From: Acidimicrobiales bacterium
GTDB taxonomy: Bacteria; Actinomycetota; Acidimicrobiia; Acidimicrobiales; VFJN01
Direction: 5' to 3'
DNA: 37,207 bases
NCBI GenBank assembly: GCA_035303865.1
Contig: DATGRC010000027.1
Span: 1 to 37,207 of the forward strand
The notes under the pieces are model-generated. The model searched no databases and was not told the DNA's origin. It saw nothing but the letters and a program-made list of their open reading frames with translations. The translations under genes were made by a program, and so were the position numbers. Each line of letters opens with the position of its first letter. Position 1 is the stretch's first letter. This document shows positions 10,591-20,377 of the stretch, piece by piece.

Positions 10591-10741
10591 CGGCCCGCTG
10601 CTCGGCGGCCAGCGACTCCAGCAGGTCCCGCAGTCCGTGGGTCTTCAGGTTGCTCATCACCCGGCCCGGCGGCGTCTCGCCCCGCTCCCACTCCATCCAG
10701 TCGGCGAGGAGCTTGCTGGGGTCAGGAGGCGGTCGATCCAT
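10577..10741 (-). CDS. Small hypothetical protein (54 aa)
   Basis: MDRPPPDPSKLLADWMEWERGETPPGRVMSNLKTHGLRDLLESLAAEQRADADA. This is the C-terminal part of a longer track ORF. It has an ATG start and high GC3, and it overlaps the Nudix start. Confidence 0.45.
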   Translation of the reverse strand: MDRPPPDPSKLLADWMEWERGETPPGRVMSNLKTHGLRDLLESLAAEQRADADA

Positions 10742-10831
10742 GCCCGGGAGGCTACCGGCGCCGGAGCAGAGCCAGGCGGGGCGGGGCCGGTCGGCTCGCC
10801 GATCGCGCCGCCGTTCCGGCACCCTGGAGGG

Positions 10832-11431
10832 GTGACCCGACGACTCGTCCTCGCCTCTGCCTCCCCGGCCCGTCGCCGCGTGCTGCAAGAGGCTGGCTTC
10901 GCCCCCGAGGTGGTGGTGAGCGGCGCGCCCGAGGACGGGGTGACCGGGTCCACCGCGGAGGTGGCGGAGGCGCTGGCCGAGCGCAAGGCCACGGCGGTGG
11001 CCGCGACCCTCGACGGGGAGCCGGCGATCGTCGTCGGCTGCGACTCGGTCCTCGACGTCGACGGCGAGACCCGCGGCAAGCCGGCGTCGCTCGACCAGGC
11101 CCGGGCCTGGTGGGCGTCGGTGGCCGGACGCTCCGCCGTGCTGCACACCGGGCACTGCGTGATCGACACCAAGACGGGCCGCCAGGCCAGCGGGGTGGCG
11201 AGCACCACCGTCCACTACGGCGAGCCGACCCCGGAGGAGATCGAGGCCTACCTGGCCACCGGGGAGCCCCTCGCCGTGGCCGGCGCCTTCACGATCGACG
11301 GCTACGCCGCCCCGTTCGTGACCGGCATCGAGGGGGACCACGGCAACGTGCTCGGCCTGTCGCTGCCGCTCCTGCGCACGCTCCTCGCCGACATCGACGT
11401 GGCGATCACCGACCTGTGGGTGCCCCGGTGA
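10832..11431 (+). CDS. maf: Maf-like nucleoside triphosphate pyrophosphatase
   Basis: 199 aa from GTG 10832. VTRRLVLASASPARRRVLQEAGF..., CDSVLDVDG, GAFTIDGYAAPFV. The stop overlaps the dus start (GTGA). Confidence 0.85.
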   Translation: MTRRLVLASASPARRRVLQEAGFAPEVVVSGAPEDGVTGSTAEVAEALAERKATAVAATLDGEPAIVVGCDSVLDVDGETRGKPASLDQARAWWASVAGRSAVLHTGHCVIDTKTGRQASGVASTTVHYGEPTPEEIEAYLATGEPLAVAGAFTIDGYAAPFVTGIEGDHGNVLGLSLPLLRTLLADIDVAITDLWVPR

Positions 11432-12594
11432 CCGACCTCCGCGCCCGCGCAGCGCCCGCCGAGCAGCCGGCGACGCCGGGGCCGCTGCGCATCGGGCCGC
11501 TGTCGGTCGACCCGCCGGTGGTCCTCGCGCCGATGGCGGGCGTCACCGACGGGCCGTTCCGGGGCCTGTGCTCGCGCTTCGGCGCCGGGCTGTACGTGTC
11601 GGAGATGATCACGGCCCGGGCGGTGGTGGAGCGCAACGAGAAGACGCTCGGGATGCTGCGCTTCGACGGCTCGGAGACCACCCGCAGCGTGCAGCTGTAC
11701 GGCACCGCCCCGACCACGATGGGTGAGGCGGTGCGGTTCCTCGTGGGCGAGGTGGGCGTCGACCACATCGACATGAACTTCGGCTGCCCGGTCCCGAAGG
11801 TGACCCGCAAGGGGGGTGGGGCGGCGCTGCCGGTGCGCCGGGTGCTGCTGCGCGAGATCGTGCGCGCGGCGGTGCGGGCGGCCGGCGACGTGCCGGTGAC
11901 GGTCAAGTTCCGGATGGGGGTGGACGACTTGGTCCTCACCTACCTGGAGACGGGCCGCATCGCCGCCGACGAGGGGGCGGCGGCCATCGCGCTGCACGCC
12001 CGCACGGCCGAGCAGCTCTACAGCGGGCAGGCCCGCTGGGACGCCATCGCGGCCCTGAAGGCCGAGGTCACCGGCATCCCGGTGCTCGGCAACGGCGACG
12101 TCTGGGAGGCGTCGGACGCCCTCGCCATGGTGGCCGAGACGGGGTGCGACGGCGTGGTGATCGGCCGGGGGTGCCTCGGCCGGCCGTGGCTGTTCCGGGA
12201 CCTGGCCGACGCGTTCGCGGGCCGACCGGTGCAGCCCCCGCCGCGGCTCGGCGAGGTGGCGGCGGTCATGCGCGAGCACGCCGAGCGCCTCGTGGACTGG
12301 TACGGCGAGACGAGCGGCATGAAGGCGTTCCGCAAGCACGCCGGCTGGTACTTCACCGGCTACCCGGTGGGCAGCGAGCTGCGTCGCCGGGGCTCGATGG
12401 TGTCGACCCTGGCCGACCTCGACGCCATCCTGGCCGAGCTCGACCCCGACGCCACGATCCGCGACAACGCCCTGCGCGCCCCCCGGGGCCACACCAACGG
12501 CCCCCGTCCCGTCCATCTCCCCGACGGGTGGCTCGCCCTCCGCGACGACCCCACCCCGCCCAAGGGCGCCGAGATCCTCGCCAGCGGCGGCTGA
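11428..12594 (+). CDS. dus: tRNA-dihydrouridine synthase
   Basis: 388 aa, the C-terminal portion of the artefactual 1132-aa track [28 protein letters not shown] (catalytic Cys), [13 protein letters not shown]. Confidence 0.9.
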   Translation: MTDLRARAAPAEQPATPGPLRIGPLSVDPPVVLAPMAGVTDGPFRGLCSRFGAGLYVSEMITARAVVERNEKTLGMLRFDGSETTRSVQLYGTAPTTMGEAVRFLVGEVGVDHIDMNFGCPVPKVTRKGGGAALPVRRVLLREIVRAAVRAAGDVPVTVKFRMGVDDLVLTYLETGRIAADEGAAAIALHARTAEQLYSGQARWDAIAALKAEVTGIPVLGNGDVWEASDALAMVAETGCDGVVIGRGCLGRPWLFRDLADAFAGRPVQPPPRLGEVAAVMREHAERLVDWYGETSGMKAFRKHAGWYFTGYPVGSELRRRGSMVSTLADLDAILAELDPDATIRDNALRAPRGHTNGPRPVHLPDGWLALRDDPTPPKGAEILASGG

Positions 12595-12606
12595 CCCCCG
12601 CGGGCG

Positions 12607-12702
12607 CGAGGCAATGCGTCCCGCCAGCGCGCTCTCGAGGCGATGCGTCCCACATGTGGGACGCATCGCCTCAACCGCGACGTCGCGGGACGCATTGCCT
12701 CG
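12607..12702. repeat. 96-nt double (nested) palindrome built from four copies of a 15-mer
   Basis: Outer arms CGAGGCAATGCGTCCCGC (12607-12624) / GCGGGACGCATTGCCTCG (12685-12702) form a perfect 18 bp. The inner perfect 36-nt palindrome is GAGGCGATGCGTCCCACA|TGTGGGACGCATCGCCTC (12637-12672). The motif GAGGC[A/G]ATGCGTCCC occurs in + + - - order. Confidence 0.8.
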
Positions 12703-12752
12703 CCCACGGTCGGGGCGGTGGCGAGATGGGCGGTGGGCGCCCGGACGACGGC

Positions 12753-12780
12753 GAACGGCCGCCCCGAAGGGCGGCCGTTC
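12753..12780 (-). terminator. groEL terminator hairpin
   Basis: On the minus strand GAACGGCCGCCC-TTCG-GGGCGGCCGTTC, a 12-bp stem with a TTCG tetraloop, starts about 30 nt after the groEL stop. No U tract, which is common in high-GC actinobacteria. Confidence 0.6.
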
Positions 12781-12808
12781 ACCAGAAGGGGTTCGCCGAG
12801 GCGAATCG

Positions 12809-14458
<1,650 letters not shown>

Positions 14459-14749
14459 CTACTTGACGATGGCCAGGACGTCCCGGCCGTTGAGGATGAG
14501 GAGCTCCTCGCCGTTGTCGGTGATCTCGGTGCCGCCGTACTTGCTGTACACGACGACGTCGCCGACCTTCACGTCGAGGGGGATGATCTCGCCCGTCTGC
14601 TCGGAGCGGCGACCGGGGCCGACGGCGATGACCTCGCCCTGCTGCGGCTTCTCCTTGGCGGTGTCCGGGATGACCAGACCGCTGGACGTGGTCTCCTCAG
14701 CCTCGCTGGGCTTGACGATGATCCGGTCCTCGAGGGGCTGCAGTGACAT
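14459..14749 (-). CDS. groES: Co-chaperonin GroES
   Basis: [46 protein letters not shown]... I prefer ATG 14749 (GGAGG 8 nt upstream) to the track start at 14764. Confidence 0.95.
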   Translation of the reverse strand: MSLQPLEDRIIVKPSEAEETTSSGLVIPDTAKEKPQQGEVIAVGPGRRSEQTGEIIPLDVKVGDVVVYSKYGGTEITDNGEELLILNGRDVLAIVK

Positions 14750-14780
14750 GTTCGGCGCCTCCATGACGCTTCCGTAGCGG

Positions 14781-14807
14781 TTAGCACTCGATCTGAGCGA
14801 GTGCTAA
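14781..14807 (-). promoter_or_regulatory. CIRCE operator (HrcA site), promoter-proximal copy
   Basis: TTAGCACTC-GATCTGAGC-GAGTGCTAA is a perfect match to the CIRCE consensus TTAGCACTC-N9-GAGTGCTAA. It lies 32 nt upstream of the groES ATG. Confidence 0.9.
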
Positions 14808-14835
14808 CCGTAGACGCCCGGTTCAGCACTCGCAA
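14807..14835 (-). promoter_or_regulatory. Predicted groES-groEL promoter
   Basis: Minus strand: -35 TTGCGA (plus 14830-14835), a 17-nt spacer, then -10 TACGGT (plus 14807-14812). The -35 lies inside the distal CIRCE and the -10 abuts the proximal CIRCE. Sequence-based only. Confidence 0.5.
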
Positions 14836-14849
14836 CTGCCGAGTGCTAA
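14823..14849 (-). promoter_or_regulatory. CIRCE operator, distal copy
   Basis: TCAGCACTC-GCAACTGCC-GAGTGCTAA has one mismatch to the consensus. Confidence 0.85.
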
Positions 14850-14925
14850 TCCCGTGCCCGCCGGGAACCCGGCGGCGTCGCGCGGTCGTCCGATCCCCGT
14901 CATCGACGGTCGGAAAGGCGCTCCC

Positions 14926-17058
14926 ATGACGACGACAGGCGGCTCGCTCCCCTCCCCCTGGCTCCGCGCGCTCGCCGCGGCGGGCACGGTGCTGCTGCTC
15001 GCCGGGGCGATCGTGCTGAGCAACGACCGCCCGGCGGCGGCGACGGGCCTGCGGGCCTTCGCCAGCTGCCGCGAGCTGCGCGACCACCTGGCCGAGCGGG
15101 TCGCGGCGGACCGGCCAGCGCAGCTGGCGGTCGGGGACCGCGCCATGGCCGCCGACGACGCCGGCTCGGCGCCCGCGGCGACCGAAGCGGCCGCGGCGGC
15201 GCCGGGCTTCGCCGACGACGGCACGAACACGCAGGTGGCCGGGGTCGACGAGCTCGACGTGGTGGACCTGCTGCGCGACGGGCGCAGCGTCGTGGCCCGA
15301 GGGTCGGAGCTGTGGCTGGTGGCCGCCGACGGGCGGCAGGTCCTCGCCCGCACCCCGGCCCCACCCGACGCCCGGGTCACCGTGGACGAGGACCGGGGGC
15401 TCGTGTGGGCGGTCGGCAGCACCTGGGAGCGCACCGCCCTGCGGCGCATCCCGCTCGTCGGCGACGGGTTCGGCCCCGCCGACGAGTGGGCGGTGGCCGG
15501 GCGCCTGGTGGACCTGCGCCGCGCCGGGGCCACGGTGCACCTCGTCGCCGTCGACGACGAGGTGCGGCCGCTCGAGCCCGGCGCGGCCGGCGCCGGCGAC
15601 GCCGCCCTGCCCTTCGCCGGCACGTCCCCGGTGCCCTGCGACGAGGTGCTCCACTCCCCGCTGCCGGGCGGGCCGGCGACCACGCTCGTGGCCCGCTTCG
15701 CCGCCGAGGGACCGCTCGCCCCGACGGCGGCCACCGAGGTCGTGGGAGCGGGCGACAACGTGCTCGTCACCGCCGACGCCGTGTACGTCAGCACCCCCGT
15801 GGCGGACAGTGGCGCGCCGGTCACCGGGATCCACCGGTTCACGGCGGACGACCTGGCCCTCACCGGGTCGGGCACGGTGCCGGGCCGCCTGCTGAACCAG
15901 TTCGCCCTCGACGAGCACGACGGCCACCTGCGAGCGGCGGTCACCGTCGGTTGGGGCGGCCGGATGCTGCCGGTCGACGTGGTGGTCGAGCCAGCGGTCG
16001 AGGACGCCGTGGTGGGCCAAGCCGCCGCTGCGGCGACCCCGGCCCGAGACGAGGACCCGCCGGCGGGTGAGCCGGAGCCCGCACCGGCCACGAGCACCAC
16101 CGAGGCCGAGCCGACCACGTCGACCACGTCGACCACCGAGGCGGATCCGACCACGACGACGTCGTCGACCGCGCCGAGCACGCCGAGCACCGAGGCCACG
16201 ACCACCACGACCGAGGTGACGACCACCACCTCGGCGCCCGAGCTCGAGCCGCTGCCCCCGCAGCCCGACGCCCTCAACGAGATCGTCGTGCTCGACCTGG
16301 AGGGCGACCTCGACGTGGTGGGCCGCTCGGCGCGGTTCGGCAAGCCGGGCGAGACGATCCACGGGATCCGCTTCGCCGGCGACGTGGCCTACGCCGTCAC
16401 CTTCCTGCAGACCGACCCGTTCTACGTGGTGGACCTGTCGGACCCGACCCGCCCGGCGGTGCTCGGCCAGCTCGAGATCCCGGGCTTCTCCGCCTACCTC
16501 CACCCGATCAGCGACACGGAGGTGGTGGGCTTCGGCCCCGGCCCGGACGGCGGCGTGCTGGCCCGCCTCTTCGACGTGTCGCAGCCCGCGGCGCCGCGGG
16601 TGGTCGACACGGCGACCGTCGGTCACGACAGCCCGGTGGCCTACGACCACCACGCGCTGCGGACCGACGGCACCCGGATGCTGCTGCCGGCCACCGAGTG
16701 GGTGCCGATCGGCGCGGCGCCGGGGTGCCCCCCGATGCCTGAGGCCCAGGCCCGGATCGAGGCGCTGGTCGAGCAGCTCGACGCCGCCTACCGCGGGGAC
16801 CGCGACGCTGACGTGGCCGAGCTCGAGGCCGCGGTGGACGAGCTCCACGCCTGCGCCTACCCCGGCACCCAGCCCCGCGGGCACGTGGTCGCCCTGGAGC
16901 CCGGCGGCGGGCAGCTGCGGATGACCGTCGTCGCCACCGGTGCGGTGGGCGACCCCCAGCGAGCGCTGCCGATGCGCGACGGCGGCTACCTGCTCGTCGG
17001 CACCGACGTGGTGGTCAAGGTGGGCCCGGGCGGGGCGGTCGAGGCCGAGCTGGCCTGA
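14926..17058 (+). CDS. Secreted beta-propeller domain protein (PF09826-like) with an internal Thr/Ser/Pro-rich insert
   Basis: 710 aa from ATG 14926 (GGAAAGG SD). It has an N-terminal TM/signal segment (WLRALAAAGTVLLLAGAIVL). FASCRELRDHL, TNTQVAGVDELDVV and IHGIRFAGDVAYAVTFLQTDPFYVVDLSDPTRPAVLGQLEIPGFSAYLHP match my memory of the Beta_propel family. Confidence 0.75.
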   Translation: MTTTGGSLPSPWLRALAAAGTVLLLAGAIVLSNDRPAAATGLRAFASCRELRDHLAERVAADRPAQLAVGDRAMAADDAGSAPAATEAAAAAPGFADDGTNTQVAGVDELDVVDLLRDGRSVVARGSELWLVAADGRQVLARTPAPPDARVTVDEDRGLVWAVGSTWERTALRRIPLVGDGFGPADEWAVAGRLVDLRRAGATVHLVAVDDEVRPLEPGAAGAGDAALPFAGTSPVPCDEVLHSPLPGGPATTLVARFAAEGPLAPTAATEVVGAGDNVLVTADAVYVSTPVADSGAPVTGIHRFTADDLALTGSGTVPGRLLNQFALDEHDGHLRAAVTVGWGGRMLPVDVVVEPAVEDAVVGQAAAAATPARDEDPPAGEPEPAPATSTTEAEPTTSTTSTTEADPTTTTSSTAPSTPSTEATTTTTEVTTTTSAPELEPLPPQPDALNEIVVLDLEGDLDVVGRSARFGKPGETIHGIRFAGDVAYAVTFLQTDPFYVVDLSDPTRPAVLGQLEIPGFSAYLHPISDTEVVGFGPGPDGGVLARLFDVSQPAAPRVVDTATVGHDSPVAYDHHALRTDGTRMLLPATEWVPIGAAPGCPPMPEAQARIEALVEQLDAAYRGDRDADVAELEAAVDELHACAYPGTQPRGHVVALEPGGGQLRMTVVATGAVGDPQRALPMRDGGYLLVGTDVVVKVGPGGAVEAELA

Positions 17059-17088
17059 CCGCCCCGTTTGCGCCGGGACCGCGTGGGC

Positions 17089-17802
17089 TCAGCCCGTGTA
17101 GGCGGGCTGCGCCGTCACCGGCCGCGCGCCGGTGGCCGGCGGCGCCGCGGGCGAGGAGGTGGTCGACGTGGCGGTGGGGGCCTCGCTCGTCGTCGTGGTG
17201 GTGGTCTCCTGCACCGCCACCACGACGTCGACCGGCTCGTAGGCGGCGGCGACGATGGCCGCCGGACCCATCACGAGGTCGGGCTCGACGGGATCCGTCG
17301 GGGACTCGCCGTCCTCCGGGGTGTCGTCGTACGAGCAGGCGGCGGTCACCGGGTAGGTGCCGACCTCGTCGGGGACGGTGAGCTCGAGCTGCCACGCCTC
17401 GCCGAAGGGCTGGGGGTCGTCGGCCTCGAGCAGGTGGCTCTCGCTGAGGAACTCGACGTAGGCCACCGGAGGCTCGCCGTCACGGTCCTGCGAGACGCAC
17501 CAGGGACCCGAGATCGTCACGGTCCCGCCCGGCTCGACCGGGGCCGGCGCGGCTGCGAGCACGAGCGGCTCGTGGACGAGGAGGTGGGCGACGGCGAGCG
17601 TGTGGCCGACCAGGTCGCCCTCGCCGACGGTCCGGGAGCACTCGACCCAGACCCCGTACGTGCCCGGATCGGGGGCCTCGATCTCCACCTCGAACGCACC
17701 GGCGGGGCCGGCGACGCCCGTGCCGACGACGCTGCCCTCCGGGTAGGTCGCCACGTCGTCGGGGGTGGTGAACTGGTCAGCCGGGGCGATCCGCGCCTCC
17801 AC
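17089..17802 (-). CDS. Tandem Ig-like-domain protein with Thr-rich tail; probably the body of a frameshifted lipoprotein gene (see finding)
   Basis: 237-aa track ORF with two similar Cys-pair domains (...TVTVTPDYQPTSSRCAEGEP...GTYGVWVECS and ...GGTVTISGPWCVSQDRDGEP...GTYPVTAACS). The reading frame stays open upstream of the GTG at 17802. A lipoprotein signal peptide lies in another frame, starting at 17951. Confidence 0.55.
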   Translation of the reverse strand: MEARIAPADQFTTPDDVATYPEGSVVGTGVAGPAGAFEVEIEAPDPGTYGVWVECSRTVGEGDLVGHTLAVAHLLVHEPLVLAAAPAPVEPGGTVTISGPWCVSQDRDGEPPVAYVEFLSESHLLEADDPQPFGEAWQLELTVPDEVGTYPVTAACSYDDTPEDGESPTDPVEPDLVMGPAAIVAAAYEPVDVVVAVQETTTTTTSEAPTATSTTSSPAAPPATGARPVTAQPAYTG

Positions 17803-18069
17803 CGGCTCCCCCTCCGCGCACCTCGAGGAGGTCGGCTGGTAGTCGGGGGTGACCGTGACCGTGCTGCCGGCACGGTCCGGTCGGTGCTCAGCGCCGTCTG
17901 GCAGGCGGCGAGGAGCACGGCGGTTGCAGCGATGACGAGCGCTCGGCGCATGGGTCTCCGTTCACGAGGGCCCGGCTCGCGCTGATCCCGCCACATCGCG
18001 TCCAGCCACCGGGCGTGCGAGGGGCGAGAACCTGTCCCACTTCGCCCTGGTTGTCCGGTTCCTCCGGGT

Positions 18070-19119
18070 TCAGGCGAGGCCGAGGTTGGGGACGGCGCCG
18101 ACGTCGAGGGGGTCGGGGCCGTGGAGGCGCCAGCGGTGCCAGCCGGCGGCGGCGACCATCGCCGCGTTGTCCGTGCACATCGCCCGGCTGGGCAGGAACG
18201 ACTGGAGGCCCTCGGCCTCGCAGCGCTCCACCAGGCGCTCGCGCAGGCGGGAGTTGGCGGCCACGCCGCCGCCGAGCGCGATGCCCGTGGCCCCCACGGC
18301 GCGCGCCGCGGCGAGGCCCTTGGCCAGGAGCGTGTCGACCACCGCCTCCTGGAACGAGGCGGCCACGTCGGCGGTGGCGACGTCGGGGTGCTTGCGGACG
18401 TGGTTGACCACGGCCGTCTTCAGCCCGCTGAAGCTGACGTCGAAGGTGCCGTCGCCCACCATCGGCCGGGGGAAGCGGATCGCCTCGCGGTCGCCCTCGG
18501 TGGCGAGCAGGTCGATGGCGGGCCCGCCCGGGTAGCCGAGGCCGAGGTACCGGGCCACCTTGTCGTAGGCCTCGCCGGCGGCGTCGTCGATCGTGGAGCC
18601 GAGGATCCGGTAGCGGTCGTGGTCCTCCATCAGGACGAACAGGGTGTGACCGCCCGACACGATCATCACGACGATCGGCAGCTCGACGTCGGGGGCCTCG
18701 AGGAGGGTGGCGTAGAGGTGGGCCTCGAGGTGGTTGACGGCCAGGAACGGCACGTCCCAGGACAGGGCGAGCGCCTTGGCGGCGGACACGCCCACGAGCA
18801 GGGCGCCCACGAGCCCGGGCCCGTAGGTGGCGGCCACGGCCTCGACGTCGGGGGGCCGCTCGGCGGTGGCGTGGTCCGACAGGCCGGCCTCCACGAAGGC
18901 CTGGGCGACGACCGGCACGAGCAGGTCGACGTGGGCCCGGCTGGCGATCTCGGGCACGACGCCGCCGTAGCGGGCGTGGAGGTCGACCTGGCTGCTGACC
19001 ACCGAGGACAGGATGCGGGTGCCGCCCTGCACGATGGCGGCCGCGGTCTCGTCGCAGGACGTCTCGATGCCCAGCACCCGGGCGGCGGCCAGCTCGGCGG
19101 GGACGTCGACGGCGGTCAC
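18070..19119 (-). CDS. tsaD: tRNA N6-adenosine threonylcarbamoyltransferase
   Basis: 349 aa from GTG 19119, which overlaps the rimI stop (GTGA). VLGIETSCDETAAAIV, AVNHLEAHLY, SGGHT. The 289-aa extension in the track ORF is rejected. Confidence 0.93.
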   Translation of the reverse strand: MTAVDVPAELAAARVLGIETSCDETAAAIVQGGTRILSSVVSSQVDLHARYGGVVPEIASRAHVDLLVPVVAQAFVEAGLSDHATAERPPDVEAVAATYGPGLVGALLVGVSAAKALALSWDVPFLAVNHLEAHLYATLLEAPDVELPIVVMIVSGGHTLFVLMEDHDRYRILGSTIDDAAGEAYDKVARYLGLGYPGGPAIDLLATEGDREAIRFPRPMVGDGTFDVSFSGLKTAVVNHVRKHPDVATADVAASFQEAVVDTLLAKGLAAARAVGATGIALGGGVAANSRLRERLVERCEAEGLQSFLPSRAMCTDNAAMVAAAGWHRWRLHGPDPLDVGAVPNLGLA

Positions 19120-19679
19120 CGGCGCTCCTCGATCGTGGTGGTGCCGGGCACGGCGCTGGCCAGCTCGTCGAGGCGGCGACCGTACTCGGGGGTGTCGATG
19201 TCGATGGCCCACATGATGAGCGCGTCCTCGCCGGTCTCCTGGTAGTACCCCTTGCGGACCCCGACCGGCGCGAACCCGAAGGCCCGGTAGAGGCGCTGGG
19301 CCGGGGCGTTGCCGACGCGCACCTCGAGGGTGAGGTTGCGGGCCCCGGCGTGGCGGGCCGCCGTGGCGAGGGCGTGGACGAGGCGGCGGCCGATGCGGTG
19401 GCCCTGCCAGGCGGGGGCGACGGCCACGTTGGTGATGTGCCCGTCCTCGGCGACGAGCATGAGCCCGGCGTAGCCGACCACGTGGGATCCGACTTTGGCG
19501 ACGTACCAGACCCGGGTGGGACCGGCGGAGAGCTCGCTCAGGAACAGGTTCAGGGACCAGGGGCGGGGGTGGACGACCTCCTCGATGCGCAGGACGGCGC
19601 GCAGGTGGCGGCGCCGCATCGGGGTGAGCACGACGTCGATCGGCTCGGCCGAGGAGGTGGCGGCTGCGGCGGCGGTCAC
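19116..19679 (-). CDS. rimI: Ribosomal-protein-alanine N-acetyltransferase (GNAT)
   Basis: 187 aa. NVAVAPAWQGHRIGRRLVHAL, LEVRVGNAPAQRLYRAFGF. GTG start overlaps the tsaB stop (GTGA). Confidence 0.85.
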   Translation of the reverse strand: MTAAAAATSSAEPIDVVLTPMRRRHLRAVLRIEEVVHPRPWSLNLFLSELSAGPTRVWYVAKVGSHVVGYAGLMLVAEDGHITNVAVAPAWQGHRIGRRLVHALATAARHAGARNLTLEVRVGNAPAQRLYRAFGFAPVGVRKGYYQETGEDALIMWAIDIDTPEYGRRLDELASAVPGTTTIEERR

Positions 19680-20377
19680 CGGGCGCCGTCCCTGGTGGTC
19701 CAGCTGATCTCGGCGTCGGGCTTGCGGAGGTAGAGGGGCGCCACGTCGCCGGGCCCGGTGAACTCCTCTCGCAGCGCCCGTGGGTGGGCGAGCTGCACGA
19801 GCGACCCGGCGCTCGGGTAGGCGATGCCCGGGTCGCCGAGCTCGACCTGGTCCAGGGGCTCGAAGACGTCGCGGTGCCGCAGGGCGCCGTCGCCGACGAG
19901 CAGGACGTCGTCGCGGCTGGCCGCCAGGTCGGAGGCGAGGTCGGCCGGGGTGGCCACCGCCGGCTCGTCCATGCGCTGCACGCCACCGGGCACCTGCCGG
20001 TAGGCGGCGTGGAACAGCTCGCCCCGGCCGCCGTCGATGGCGCAGACGATCCGGCGGGGCGAGTGGCGCAGCGGGAACGCGAGCAGGTCGAGGCTCGACA
20101 CCCCGATCATGGGGAGGCGCCGGGCGTGGGACAGGGCCTTCGCCGCCGCCACGCCCACCCGGAGCCCGGTGAACATGCCGGGGCCGACGTCGACGGCGAT
20201 GGCGCCGACGTCGGCGAGGTCGATGCGGGCCTGGCGGCAGAGGAAGTCGATGGCCGGGGCGAGGGTCTCGGCGTGGCGCCGGCCGCGGGCGACGTGGGTG
20301 GACGCGAGCACGCCTTCGTGGCCGCCGATCGCGCAGCCGACCTGCGCGGTGGAGGTGGTGATCCCGAGGATCAGCAC
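19676..20377 (-). CDS. tsaB: tRNA threonylcarbamoyladenosine biosynthesis protein TsaB
   Basis: 233 aa from GTG 20377. VLILGITTSTAQVGCAIGG..., GPGMFTGLRVGVAAAKAL. Overlaps the tsaE stop by 7 nt. Confidence 0.88.
   Translation of the reverse strand: MLILGITTSTAQVGCAIGGHEGVLASTHVARGRRHAETLAPAIDFLCRQARIDLADVGAIAVDVGPGMFTGLRVGVAAAKALSHARRLPMIGVSSLDLLAFPLRHSPRRIVCAIDGGRGELFHAAYRQVPGGVQRMDEPAVATPADLASDLAASRDDVLLVGDGALRHRDVFEPLDQVELGDPGIAYPSAGSLVQLAHPRALREEFTGPGDVAPLYLRKPDAEISWTTRDGAR

Noticed and set aside
9196-12594. 1132-aa plus-strand ORF spanning the kinase-like, Nudix, maf and dus regions
   Set aside because: Only its last 388 aa (dus) look like protein. The rest is Arg/Gly/Pro-rich off-frame sequence typical of high-GC DNA and overlaps recognisable genes in other frames or on the other strand.
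16040-16260. Thr/Ser/Pro-rich stretch in the beta-propeller gene as a separate gene or DNA tandem repeat
   Set aside because: It is in frame and continuous with the flanking propeller sequence. The DNA is compositionally biased but not a precise tandem repeat.
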